A stretch of 56,792 nucleotides of DNA from a virus (Duplodnaviria > Caudoviricetes), in IMG/VR virus record IMGVR_UViG_3300030107_005298, positions 1 to 56,792 of that record. One strand, written 5' to 3'. Positions 39,829-49,461 of this stretch are shown piece by piece; within the stretch, counting starts at the first letter, position 1; each line of letters starts with the position of its first letter. A model generated the notes under the pieces. The model made no database searches and had not been told where the DNA came from. It saw only the letters and a list, made by a program, of their open reading frames with translations. Made by a program: the position numbers and the translations under genes.

Positions 39829-42081
39829 TTAGAACAGTCTCAGCTGTTTTGTTCCGCTCCTCAGACCCATATCATCCCAGTCAAAAACACCGGCTATATC
39901 TGACATAGTTCTAACCAATCTATCCGCGTAGTAGTCCCTATCAAACTTAACATTCATATCAGTGGTTTCTATGTATGGTTCTACTTCCATCGGAGTTTGC
40001 TTAGAGTTAGATACTACCCAACTTATTTTTGTACCAGGAAGCCAAGGATATCCTCGGGCCTGAAGTTTAGCAGCAGCTTGAACACCCGCGTTTGAATCGG
40101 GATTTACATACTCGCTTGGAGACCTGACACTCTTGGTAACTATCAAGTCTTCTAAATCAACTTCTCCATTCTTTATTTCTTTTACTGCTTTTGTCACAAG
40201 TTTAAGTGCATCATCTGGGCGACTATCTAATATTAGACGTAACGATTGTTCTAATACTTCTCGTTGTCTTTTAAATGAGTCACCACGCTTGAGCTCATAA
40301 CCCTTGACGTAGAATTCTTTTTTGGGCCATTCTACTGTAGCAGCGTATCGTTTCTTTGCGCCGTGTGTAAAGAAAGAACTCAGAATTTTTTCTAACTCCA
40401 TCTCTAATCCACGCGCTGACAGTTCTTTGGCTAATTCGTGGGGGTCATCGTCCGTAAGTTGTACGAACACACTGTCTGTGTCCCCATATATAGTAGTGTA
40501 ATTCCTTGATTCTAACTCATCGTATACATCCTGTATACCCTTTCTAGCAAAGGCAGTAATACTACCACCTATGGATGGGTTAGTAAATCTATAGAAGTCA
40601 CTAGCCATAACTCCATAGAAAGAATTCATAAGAACCTTGATACTGTATTGCAGTCTATCGTTGTAATCTCCATTCTTTTCTATTTTGAGTTTAGTTGCAT
40701 CTCTCCATTCCCATAATGCTTTAAGAATCTTGGGAACGATTGATTCTTTGTCCAACCTGAAGTAAACCCCGAGGGGGGAGCGAACGCTATCACCGGTTTC
40801 AGTTTTAGTGAATGTTGTTGGACAAATGTTATTTTTAATCATAACACTGGGATACATTGATTTAAAATCAAATATACCAACGTTGTGATAAATACCTGGT
40901 TTGAAAACCTCAAAGACGGTCGCTCCTTTAATTTTCTTAGCCTTGTTATTCCAATTGTTTTGTGGAACTGCAAAGCCTTTCTTATCGAAACGTCTAATGA
41001 GTAGGGAATCGACGATGCGAGAAGTAACGGGGGCAAACGAATGTTCTAGGGGCAAGTCACTTGCAACGCTCAAAGCCATAGCTTTAGATATAGATGCAAT
41101 CTTATCGTGCATAAAAACATCGTAGGTAACCTTGACATCTTTCTTGCAATACTTGATTACAGATAAACGTCTGTTAGCCCACTCCTCTTCTATGCGAGAT
41201 GCATCAACGTTGTCTTTAGACCCGACACCCAGAAGTTCACCCACGAACCCAAGTGATTCCTGTATAGGTTTGAGTTCTTGTTTTACTTGTTGCCAAGTGT
41301 CAACGAATATTCGTCCTGACGCGAACCAAGACTTTATTCTTCGCTTGTTATCCTCACGCATCCACGGTTCATCACCCTCTCTACCAATTCCCATCTCTAC
41401 ATTTAGAGATTTAGCTTTCTTCATAAGAACTGGCATATCAAACCCATTACTATTGTAACCGGTTATGATGTCAGGGTCTACCGCGTTTATATACTCGACG
41501 AAGTCCTCTATCATTTTAGCTTCGCCACTAGCGTTGGTAAATACAACACCAGCGTTGTCGTTTAGTTGCGCAGCTATGCAGTACATCTCCTTAGTACGGA
41601 GACTACATTCAATATCAAACGTTAGAACGTCTAAGTTAACATCGAATGATTTACATCTCTGTATACTCTGTACCGAATAACTACTATCGTGTTCTATTTC
41701 TACAAATGCTCCTAAATCATTGTCGTACAGGTATCGTAACTGATACAGTATGTCTGCACTAAAAACTGTTCTACCTCTGTTTATCAGTTTCTCCCTGAGA
41801 CGAGGCATATGTTTAGGATGCCGTAAGTAGACTTTAACACAATCGTACTTCTCCTGATAGTGTTCTAACTCTACGTTTTCTCCTATCTGTGCACCTGCCA
41901 TTGCAAGTAAACGACGGTCGTGTGGGGAAGGTCTAGCTAGGTAAAAGTACGCTTTAAAGTTTTCCTGAAAGAATACTTTAGTTTCTCCATATTCAGTCTT
42001 ACCGTACAACCTAATGATAGGCTCGTCTGACACAGGGTCAGTAAAATAATCTACATTTGTCAAGAATACTTGCGTTCTCAT
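39829..42081 (-). CDS. polB: Family B DNA polymerase, archaeal type
   Basis: ExoI FDIE, ExoII GYNSNGFD, DFKSMYPS, K..MNSFYG, YGDTDS, KKRY; archaeal-like N-terminal AYFY and ADI..RYL.D. Confidence 0.95.
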   Translation of the reverse strand: MRTQVFLTNVDYFTDPVSDEPIIRLYGKTEYGETKVFFQENFKAYFYLARPSPHDRRLLAMAGAQIGENVELEHYQEKYDCVKVYLRHPKHMPRLREKLINRGRTVFSADILYQLRYLYDNDLGAFVEIEHDSSYSVQSIQRCKSFDVNLDVLTFDIECSLRTKEMYCIAAQLNDNAGVVFTNASGEAKMIEDFVEYINAVDPDIITGYNSNGFDMPVLMKKAKSLNVEMGIGREGDEPWMREDNKRRIKSWFASGRIFVDTWQQVKQELKPIQESLGFVGELLGVGSKDNVDASRIEEEWANRRLSVIKYCKKDVKVTYDVFMHDKIASISKAMALSVASDLPLEHSFAPVTSRIVDSLLIRRFDKKGFAVPQNNWNNKAKKIKGATVFEVFKPGIYHNVGIFDFKSMYPSVMIKNNICPTTFTKTETGDSVRSPLGVYFRLDKESIVPKILKALWEWRDATKLKIEKNGDYNDRLQYSIKVLMNSFYGVMASDFYRFTNPSIGGSITAFARKGIQDVYDELESRNYTTIYGDTDSVFVQLTDDDPHELAKELSARGLEMELEKILSSFFTHGAKKRYAATVEWPKKEFYVKGYELKRGDSFKRQREVLEQSLRLILDSRPDDALKLVTKAVKEIKNGEVDLEDLIVTKSVRSPSEYVNPDSNAGVQAAAKLQARGYPWLPGTKISWVVSNSKQTPMEVEPYIETTDMNVKFDRDYYADRLVRTMSDIAGVFDWDDMGLRSGTKQLRLF

Positions 42082-42083
42082 AC

Positions 42084-42971
42084 CTACTCCTTTTTATTTA
42101 ATCCCCAGCATTTATCCGCAAAGTTGCAGTAAAGACAGTGCCAGTCAGATTTGACGATAGTATCTCCTATCTTTTTCGTTTTCTGAAGTGCCGTTTTACC
42201 TTTGTTTGGGAATGCTTCGTATGGCCGCTCTGGTAAATTACCGAGAGCTATTTCGTCCATAACTTTCCACATCCTCTCAATGAGATTGTGGACGAACGTT
42301 TCATTCAGCTTGAGGACGTGAATCGCCTCTTCACTGTTGTTCTTATTATAGTAATGCAATACACCATATTTAACACTTTCGCCGTACATACCTAATTGCA
42401 GCTGTGCAAAGTGGTCGTACTTGGGAACATCTTTAGCACCAAACCAATATATGTTACCCTTCTTATTCTTTCCTGTACTATATGGAAAGTCTGCACTACT
42501 TTTAAACTCAGTGACCATACAATCGGTATCAATACCTAGTAACTTCTCGTCACCGAACTTTCTTTTTAATATACCATCTACTCTATAGTGTAGTAAGAAA
42601 TCTGTTTTATGGTCATCTTTCTTTGGTATAAATATCTCACCAGGAGCTTCTTCATAGAACTTCCAACCATCTACTTGTCTATATCTATCAGATATACCCT
42701 CGTGTATGGCATCTCCTAAAGCGAATATCTTTAATTGCTTTGGACCTATAGACGGGTTAGTTTCCTTCTCTCCCGAGACTGAGTAGAATAACTGACGTTC
42801 ACAACGTGTTGCGTCTGACGCATAAAACGTACGTCGTGTTCTATTACTCTTCCACTGGGATGGTTCGTCTAGATAGTTAAACAAAGTTTGCGTATCTTCT
42901 TTAGACAAATCCATTATACTTTCGTCGTATAGCCCTTTTATCTTATCAAATTCTTCTAATTTCATTACCAA
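42084..42971 (-). CDS. Cas4-like PD-(D/E)xK exonuclease
   Basis: C.R..Y, G.AIH, DG..EFK, QL..Y and C-terminal C..C.....C (1+3 Cys Fe-S pattern). Confidence 0.8.
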   Translation of the reverse strand: MVMKLEEFDKIKGLYDESIMDLSKEDTQTLFNYLDEPSQWKSNRTRRTFYASDATRCERQLFYSVSGEKETNPSIGPKQLKIFALGDAIHEGISDRYRQVDGWKFYEEAPGEIFIPKKDDHKTDFLLHYRVDGILKRKFGDEKLLGIDTDCMVTEFKSSADFPYSTGKNKKGNIYWFGAKDVPKYDHFAQLQLGMYGESVKYGVLHYYNKNNSEEAIHVLKLNETFVHNLIERMWKVMDEIALGNLPERPYEAFPNKGKTALQKTKKIGDTIVKSDWHCLYCNFADKCWGLNKKE

Positions 42972-43168
42972 TCAACCTCCTCGTGGTTAACAATTGTCTC
43001 TTGTTTGCATTTTATGCATTCATATATACTTCTGTCTATACTCTTGTATACTAATGTACACACAGAATAACAGCGTGGACACAATGTAGAACCATCGGGG
43101 TACCAATTCATAGCAGTGTCGCCCACGCGAGAAGTATGGCCAATCCTACAGATAGGATTGTAATCCAT
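42965..43168 (-). CDS. Zinc-ribbon protein
   Basis: CPRC...CIKC. Confidence 0.6.
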   Translation of the reverse strand: MDYNPICRIGHTSRVGDTAMNWYPDGSTLCPRCYSVCTLVYKSIDRSIYECIKCKQETIVNHEEVDW

Positions 43169-43187
43169 TCGGCTTCACTGAAGTACA

Positions 43188-43517
43188 TTATTTTGGGCCT
43201 TCCTTGCCGTAATATGGGTCATCTTGAATCTTAGTCTTACCAATAACATTACCAGCGTTTATGTTTGCCATATCGTGGTATTTCTGTAGTGTAGCGTTCA
43301 ATTCATCCACCCACTTGCTAATTATAGTTTCTCCAATGCGTTCATCATTTAAGTGAAACTCCATTATCTCTAGTGTCGCTTTAAATTTATCGAAATCGTT
43401 CATTCTCTTTCCTCCTTTTCCATCGCACGTACAATTATAATGTCCGTGTACACAGTTGCAGATGTATATCTTAGCTGGCTTGAGTGGTTCATTTACTCTA
43501 AAACCCTTTATTATCAT
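43188..43517 (-). CDS. Hypothetical protein with Cys-rich N-terminus (start uncertain)
   Basis: MIIKGF...CNCVHGHYNCTC; alternative start at MNDFDK. Confidence 0.45.
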   Translation of the reverse strand: MIIKGFRVNEPLKPAKIYICNCVHGHYNCTCDGKGGKRMNDFDKFKATLEIMEFHLNDERIGETIISKWVDELNATLQKYHDMANINAGNVIGKTKIQDDPYYGKEGPK

Positions 43518-44103
43518 CTGCCACCTGTAAATATTTTTTGTTTGCCTCGACAATTGGTCCGCGTAAATGTTTAGGTATAAACTGCAAACCAGTAGAAGCA
43601 AACGTCAACTCATTAATAAACATACGAATATAAAAGTTTTTATCTTCACCAATATAGTGATATCCTTTAGATACATCGTCGTCATAATCCCTGACAAAGT
43701 TTATTATTTGGTACGCTCTACCTAATGCTCTAGCGTATTCGTCACCATCTGGTGAACATCCTAGTATTCTTGAAACCATTAGACCGACCGATTCACCTGA
43801 ACCTTTACAATATTCTATCATAGTTGTAGTTGTGTGTTCTTTAGTTTTTAAATCAGTCAGCATAGCTTGGTGAAAGTCCATAAGCCACTGCCCCTCGAAG
43901 TTATGTCTATCACACACTTCGTAGAACTGTTCTATTATCTTTCTCCATTTCTTGAAATCATTCCAACCGGCATCGCCTTCTACCATTTCGTCTATGACCC
44001 TCAGATATGCATACAGTTTATATATGTCTTCTCTAATATTCTTAGGCCATTCTTGTACACATTCAAAGAATGTCGTGCTGTACTTTTCCATTATTTCTTT
44101 CAT
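43498..44103 (-). CDS. Phytoene/squalene synthase-like (CrtB/HpnD family) prenyltransferase
   Basis: YSTTFF, LYAYLRVIDEMVE, YC.G....VGLM, ALG.AYQ.INF.RD..DD; GGAGG SD before ATG 44103. Confidence 0.85.
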   Translation of the reverse strand: MKEIMEKYSTTFFECVQEWPKNIREDIYKLYAYLRVIDEMVEGDAGWNDFKKWRKIIEQFYEVCDRHNFEGQWLMDFHQAMLTDLKTKEHTTTTMIEYCKGSGESVGLMVSRILGCSPDGDEYARALGRAYQIINFVRDYDDDVSKGYHYIGEDKNFYIRMFINELTFASTGLQFIPKHLRGPIVEANKKYLQVADDNKGF

Positions 44104-44216
44104 AGTACTCCTCCTGCTAGATGCATATAACATTCCCTACAGTATGGATTACCATTGACATCTCGGTATCTAACATACTGCGGTGATAGTTTCCATCTAC
44201 ATAAGTTACATTTCAT
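44100..44216 (-). CDS. 38-aa zinc-finger micro-protein (MKCNLC...YCREC...)
   Basis: Two CxxC motifs; GGAGG SD; ATGA coupled to the synthase. Confidence 0.6.
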   Translation of the reverse strand: MKCNLCRWKLSPQYVRYRDVNGNPYCRECYMHLAGGVL

Positions 44217-44304
44217 ATTATCCTCCATATTATATTAAATATGCCACATAGTATATATACTCGTATCTGACTATTTAATGGAATCTCCATAGGTATGATA
44301 TCAC

Positions 44305-44433
44305 TCATCGTGGGTCTATCTCCCTGATAGGCCAATAGCTGTTCTTATAGAACTTACCATTCTGTATCAAATTGTGATAGCAATCACACTCAGGTTCTAA
44401 ACAGTACTGACATTTACCTTCAATTCTTATCAT
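44305..44433 (-). CDS. 42-aa Cys-rich micro-protein (MIRIEGKCQYCLEPECDC...)
   Basis: Translated by hand; GGTGA SD. Confidence 0.5.
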   Translation of the reverse strand: MIRIEGKCQYCLEPECDCYHNLIQNGKFYKNSYWPIREIDPR

Positions 44434-44501
44434 TCTTCACCTTCTTCTTTTTCTTTCGTTGTTGTTTAAACATCTCTTTTTTAGCCGCTATCCAACTCAT
44501 C

Positions 44502-45845
44502 TTACCCATCTATATGTCCTCCATATACCTGCAATGTCATAGGTATATTCTTATGTTCACCTGTAAAGGGGTCTGTATACATATGTAAATCATCCTTCTT
44601 ATATTCTTCTGCAATATGTTCTGAATTAGTTTCCATATTCGTAATACAGGCATCTACTAGACCTTTCCAATCGACTGAGCGACTGAAGTCAAAGTCTTGT
44701 GTTCTGTAATACTTGTTGGTTTTATTCAGACGCCTAACAAAATTAGTATCTACTAAACGATTCATTGTGTATTCAATCATCTTCTTTGTTCTGTTGATAC
44801 CCTTGCTAGATAGATGGTCAGTAATCTCATCTATATGTACTGCATCTGATTCGCTTTCGGTTACTAAATCACCCCATACTTCCGCCTTAGGTACGAAATC
44901 AATAATCTCTTTGCCAATTGGATTGATACCTATCGACATATCCCTGAATATATTACCTGCGAGTTGGAACCCAATAAAATTATCTGCGGGTGTAGAGTAT
45001 ATATAATCTAAATCTTGTACTCTCTCTCGGTGGTGGAATTTTGTGACTGCCTCTATAACATCGAAATAATAATCTATAAATGTATTAGACATTGTGTACG
45101 TCGCTGGTATAGTCGTACGTATTATATCTGCACCTGGATTTATAACTCGTTTCTCTAACTTCATAGCTTCTCTGATTTGATTTTTCAAACCACTAGTTTC
45201 TATACGTGTTAGTTTTACAAGCTTATCATCAGGTAACATACGACTAATTGCTTTTAAATGGTGAACCTTTTCGTTTAACTCCTTGCTAGAAAACGTAGGC
45301 AAACTTATTACTCTACGTCTCATTTCAACAGGAAGCTGTGGTAGACTTTCGTTTCCATCGGCAAGGTTCGTCATAATAGGCTTAGGGTCGAGTATGATTC
45401 TTACAGTGCGTCTACCCATCTCGTTTTTACTGTATATATATGGTCTATCCTCCATCCACAGCTTTATCATAGCTTCTAGATTTTGTGATGTCAATATATT
45501 CTGCAACTCAGGTATTACACAGCGTTTAGCTTGTGTTATAATAGTCGCACTATCTTCTGTAAGATGCCCTTTGGCTGATGATGAATTTAACCATAGTAAG
45601 TCAGAGTTGCGTCCCGCGAGTCCCTCGTCCCCGTATATCAACGCTGTAACTGCGTTTAATATCTTGGTCTTAGCACTGCCTGACTCACCTCTGATACATA
45701 CTGACTTACCAGCAATCGCCCACAATAATAATGTAAGTATTCGAGTTTCGTGGTTTTCTAATATAGGGTCACGTTTACCTAACACGAAACAACTTTCAAA
45801 GTATCGGTGTAAGTCGTTAAGACTGCTCTTTCGTTTCTGTATCAT
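44502..45845 (-). CDS. AAA+ ATPase, putative MCM-related replicative helicase
   Basis: Walker A GESGSAKT, degenerate Walker B (VIPE), Arg finger MRRR, C-terminal wHTH; start moved to the MIQK ATGA overlap. Confidence 0.65.
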   Translation of the reverse strand: MIQKRKSSLNDLHRYFESCFVLGKRDPILENHETRILTLLLWAIAGKSVCIRGESGSAKTKILNAVTALIYGDEGLAGRNSDLLWLNSSSAKGHLTEDSATIITQAKRCVIPELQNILTSQNLEAMIKLWMEDRPYIYSKNEMGRRTVRIILDPKPIMTNLADGNESLPQLPVEMRRRVISLPTFSSKELNEKVHHLKAISRMLPDDKLVKLTRIETSGLKNQIREAMKLEKRVINPGADIIRTTIPATYTMSNTFIDYYFDVIEAVTKFHHRERVQDLDYIYSTPADNFIGFQLAGNIFRDMSIGINPIGKEIIDFVPKAEVWGDLVTESESDAVHIDEITDHLSSKGINRTKKMIEYTMNRLVDTNFVRRLNKTNKYYRTQDFDFSRSVDWKGLVDACITNMETNSEHIAEEYKKDDLHMYTDPFTGEHKNIPMTLQVYGGHIDG

Positions 45846-45937
45846 AGCATCGCACACATTTGGCATAGCTTGTAATCATCTAAACTTGTTAGACTTTTAC
45901 ACTCTACACACATCCCTGTATCAGAATATTGCCACAT
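45842..45937 (-). CDS. 31-aa zinc-finger micro-protein (MWQYSDTGMCVEC...LCQMCAML)
   Basis: Two CxxC motifs; GGAG SD; coupled to the helicase. Confidence 0.55.
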   Translation of the reverse strand: MWQYSDTGMCVECKSLTSLDDYKLCQMCAML

Positions 45938-45939
45938 AA

Positions 45940-46320
45940 TTACTCCTTAGTCATCCCTCGTTGTTCAGAGATTATCTGACTTGCACTTTTTATTTCTGGA
46001 CCTTCTGACATAGCCTTTTCCTTTTCTGCTTCTTCACGTTTCTTTGTCAGGAACTCATCCCACTTCTCGCTCAATTCGTTTTCAGTCATAAATTCTTCAA
46101 CGGATTGTACGTTAGTGGTAAACTGCCCTTGCATATTTTGCATTTGCATACCCATTTGTTCCTGTCTATCAACGTATTCCTTTATTGCTTTGATTAAAAA
46201 GCTATAGTTTTCAAGCATATTAAGACTTGTCAGTAGTTCACTTTTCTCGTCTAGCCACTTCTCGATTGTATCGAGCCGGCTTTCTAACTCTTTATATTTT
46301 CTACTTGTTACGTTACTCAT
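45940..46320 (-). CDS. Coiled-coil hypothetical protein
   Basis: Heptad-rich ORF with SD. Confidence 0.6.
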   Translation of the reverse strand: MSNVTSRKYKELESRLDTIEKWLDEKSELLTSLNMLENYSFLIKAIKEYVDRQEQMGMQMQNMQGQFTTNVQSVEEFMTENELSEKWDEFLTKKREEAEKEKAMSEGPEIKSASQIISEQRGMTKE

Positions 46321-46756
46321 TTTTTTCTCCTATTTTTTTCAGCTCATCTACACGTAGGAACGCGTAGTGACCTAATTCTAATGCACCCCTGTCCGTACGT
46401 GCACTTTTGGCAAAGCGTACGGTGGCCTTCTCAAGGTCTGCGAAGTAAATTCCGTCAGTAAAGTTAAAAACAAAGTAAACTTTGTGGCCTAAACGTATCA
46501 GGTTTAGTGCCTTCTCTATCTTAATTGACGGGACCATAGTATCGTCGTACGCATCGTGTTTGTTACGTCGTGACTTAACTTCCACGAATGCAGAACGTTT
46601 ACGGTCCTTTGCGTGAGCACAATAATCGAAATGATTATACTCGCTCATCTTTGTGAACGTACTCCACTTATCTTTGGGTGCGTTGGATTGGAAAACTTCT
46701 ATAGCTTCCATCTCCTTATTAAGGCCCCATTTTACATCTTTTGTTGTATCTACCAT
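46313..46756 (-). CDS. PD-(D/E)xK nuclease
   Basis: E...FDY...FVEVKSR, FNFTDG. Confidence 0.7.
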   Translation of the reverse strand: MVDTTKDVKWGLNKEMEAIEVFQSNAPKDKWSTFTKMSEYNHFDYCAHAKDRKRSAFVEVKSRRNKHDAYDDTMVPSIKIEKALNLIRLGHKVYFVFNFTDGIYFADLEKATVRFAKSARTDRGALELGHYAFLRVDELKKIGEKNE

Positions 46757-46758
46757 AG

Positions 46759-47445
46759 TTATACTATTCCCATTTCAGTCCTATGTTTCCATAATCTACG
46801 AGCATCAGCGCGGGAAGGACTATCTTTTATCCGTTGCATATAGAACTCGATGAATTGATTCTCAGTGAGCGAACGCGGGAAACTAACAGCATACGCACGG
46901 AACTCACGTGCAACCGCACGTTGTTCATCTGTCCACGTATGACTGAACTCACCTGCGTACATCTCCGTAGGAGCAGGGCTATGTGCGTAACGTGGCAAAT
47001 CAATATTATGCTCACGTATAGTTATATCCCAATACGCAGGTATATCGCTACGACCGTATGTCGGTCGCCTGAAAATTCTAAATACATACTCGTGTATGTT
47101 ATTGTCATCAATACATTCCTTCCTAAAAAGGTTATCGATAACACGTTCAAATCTATCATCCACAGTCAGTTGTAACTCAGTTACATCGTGGATGCGTAGG
47201 TCATCATCATATGGTGGGTGAGGGTAGACGCTGAACGAATCAAAAGCTCCAAAAAGGTTACTTGGCGCAGGTGTTGGCTCAACGTTACCGAATCTCACGT
47301 GTACCTCGTTAAGAAATACAAACTCGACTACATCATCTACGTGCCTCACTTCGTGTAACCCTTTGTCGCCGTACGCTGGTAATCCTGCTGGGCGTTGGGC
47401 TTTAGTACCTACTCGTGGCTCGTATCGTATGTGTAATCGATTCAT
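46759..47445 (-). CDS. Hypothetical protein
   Basis: 228-aa ORF in operon orientation. Confidence 0.6.
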   Translation of the reverse strand: MNRLHIRYEPRVGTKAQRPAGLPAYGDKGLHEVRHVDDVVEFVFLNEVHVRFGNVEPTPAPSNLFGAFDSFSVYPHPPYDDDLRIHDVTELQLTVDDRFERVIDNLFRKECIDDNNIHEYVFRIFRRPTYGRSDIPAYWDITIREHNIDLPRYAHSPAPTEMYAGEFSHTWTDEQRAVAREFRAYAVSFPRSLTENQFIEFYMQRIKDSPSRADARRLWKHRTEMGIV

Positions 47446-47560
47446 TTCTTTTTAATTGTCATCCCTAGAAACACTAACCAAAAAATCATACCACCTAATG
47501 TTAATATTGTTAGTATGGTTGGCGTGTGCCAATCTATTTCAGACATATATACATCATCCA

Positions 47561-47791
47561 TTATTCTGACTCCGTTTGTTCTACGTCACCTTTCTCGAGT
47601 ATGATAACAAAGTTACCTGACATAAAATCTTCGAGATATTCTAACTCGTCACCCTTACGTGGCGTGTTATATTTTTCTCTAGTACCTACGTCATACTCGT
47701 GTGTTTCTTCGTGAAGTTCAACGTCATCGTACGTGAGTACTCTGCCATCCTTCAGACGTATCTGATTTGAATAAGCTATGTGATATCTCAT
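47561..47791 (-). CDS. Hypothetical protein
   Basis: ORF in operon orientation. Confidence 0.55.
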   Translation of the reverse strand: MRYHIAYSNQIRLKDGRVLTYDDVELHEETHEYDVGTREKYNTPRKGDELEYLEDFMSGNFVIILEKGDVEQTESE

Positions 47792-47863
47792 AAACTAAAT
47801 ACCAATACAGTGAATGTTATAAACCAACACACGTGTGTCAGTAACAATCCCTTATCGATATCC

Positions 47864-48031
47864 TCACTGTCCGTAAATAGCAGATGATAAACGCTCGAGA
47901 GCATCTTTCACCTCAGTCCACCTACTCATAGGTGAGGGCTTACTCATCACAGTTCTTAGGTTCTCGTACGCAGTAGTTATACTGTGCATCTCGTGAACCA
48001 TACCTGTACGAACATCTTTGCTTCTAGCCAT
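47864..48031 (-). CDS. 55-aa hypothetical protein (MARSKDVRTG...)
   Basis: Translated by hand; GGTG SD. Confidence 0.5.
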   Translation of the reverse strand: MARSKDVRTGMVHEMHSITTAYENLRTVMSKPSPMSRWTEVKDALERLSSAIYGQ

Positions 48032-48039
48032 CTATACAC

Positions 48040-48369
48040 CTAAGAAAATATCTTATCTAATGCACCGATGAAGCTATCGAGAAACTTATCGTCAGCAGGT
48101 AGCGTGAGGTTCTTCTGGTAGATAGGTGTGCCTTCATCTACATCACCGTTACCGGTTGCGTAGTAGCCACGTGATAGTGAATAAAATTCACCACTACCTG
48201 AGTTCTCACCCTTTGCGTCATAAGATTTGTGGGATATTTCCAAGAAATTATTTGGCTCCCAATCTACTCTCTCACTTTTAATTACGTTATACTTAACGTT
48301 TCCGCCTTGTTTGGCGGAGCTATCATTGGACCCACTACGGGCCCCCATTCTACTAAATCTGTTTGTCAT
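48040..48369 (-). CDS. Putative PC4/PUR-fold ssDNA-binding protein
   Basis: Beta-rich core (NNFLEIS, FYSLSRGYY, KNLTLP) then a C-terminal helix; strong SD. Confidence 0.4.
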   Translation of the reverse strand: MTNRFSRMGARSGSNDSSAKQGGNVKYNVIKSERVDWEPNNFLEISHKSYDAKGENSGSGEFYSLSRGYYATGNGDVDEGTPIYQKNLTLPADDKFLDSFIGALDKIFS

Positions 48370-48445
48370 ATTTATTAATCTCCTTTTTTTTTGTTATCAC
48401 ATAATGTAAATAACTACGTTTACTATGTTATTTACAGTATGTGTC

Positions 48446-48790
48446 TTAAGCATACAAGTCTCCAAAGTCAGATGGTAACGTATAGTTATCGCCTGTGTCT
48501 GGTTGTATACCTGCCTCCTTCATCGCACCGATGAATGTTTCAAATATTTTTAGCATAATCAATACGTTTATCTGTTGCGTATTGGTTAGCTCGGCTCCGT
48601 CTATTATCTTACGTATGCCTTCGTGTAGGTTATTACTCATAAACATATTGTTAATAACCTCTTCCATTTTTGTAAATTGCCTAAATTGTATAGGCGTGAG
48701 TATCTTCTTTATATCTATGTTAGACGCTTCAACCTTATGTGCCTCGTCTATCATATCGAGAAACTCTGTTAGTATTTTGTTTTGTTTCAT
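48446..48790 (-). CDS. Hypothetical protein
   Basis: ORF in operon. Confidence 0.6.
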   Translation of the reverse strand: MKQNKILTEFLDMIDEAHKVEASNIDIKKILTPIQFRQFTKMEEVINNMFMSNNLHEGIRKIIDGAELTNTQQINVLIMLKIFETFIGAMKEAGIQPDTGDNYTLPSDFGDLYA

Positions 48791-48928
48791 TTATATATCT
48801 CCATACATATATTTTCCATTGTAGCAGTACGGACACTTGTCCTCGTCTATTGTCTCTACTACCTCTCCGCAGTCGGGACATTCCACTATACCACTTCCAT
48901 CAACGAAATCGCATATGTCATATTCCAT
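48791..48928 (-). CDS. 45-aa zinc-ribbon micro-protein (…CPDCG…CPYC…)
   Basis: CPxCG motif; TAATG coupling. Confidence 0.6.
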   Translation of the reverse strand: MEYDICDFVDGSGIVECPDCGEVVETIDEDKCPYCYNGKYMYGDI

Positions 48929-49461
48929 TATTCTCTCCTACCTCCGCACTCAGGGTGTGTGCATCTCTCTGACGTAGACCGCCACGAGTAATCAGCATAC
49001 GCCTGATATGTCTTTCTAGCACTACAATCTTTACAGAATGTATGTCCGTCTATGTCTACCATACGTGGCACACCATCACAATCCATCTTCTTTCTAATAT
49101 CTGCGTACTCTATGTTCTCCTCTAACTGCCTCTCAACGTGTATCTTAGGTAATTGCTTACCTATTTCACACATAGGAACAGCCATACGTTTGGTTTCCAT
49201 AGCATACTTTCTAAATTTCTCAGCATCCGTGTGGTCACGTATGTGGTAGTCTATGTCTATGAATGCGTGTTGTGTAGGGTCATCGTCAGATTGTCCTTCA
49301 ATCTTTCCACCCCATTGTGGTTTTAGTTGCATACCTGCACCCTCGCACTTACTATCATCCGGATTATTTCCGAACACGCCTACCGGCCCGATTACGTTGG
49401 CACAGTGTGGACACATATTCTGAGGATGCTTAACTGCCTGAGCAAATGGATACGCACCCAT
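48928..49461 (-). CDS. Cys-rich multi-Zn-finger protein
   Basis: CPHC, CKDC, CTHPEC. Confidence 0.6.
   Translation of the reverse strand: MGAYPFAQAVKHPQNMCPHCANVIGPVGVFGNNPDDSKCEGAGMQLKPQWGGKIEGQSDDDPTQHAFIDIDYHIRDHTDAEKFRKYAMETKRMAVPMCEIGKQLPKIHVERQLEENIEYADIRKKMDCDGVPRMVDIDGHTFCKDCSARKTYQAYADYSWRSTSERCTHPECGGRRE

Noticed and set aside
42084-42971. CRISPR-Cas locus
   Set aside because: Solo Cas4-like nuclease in a replication operon; no cas1/cas2 and no repeat-spacer array seen
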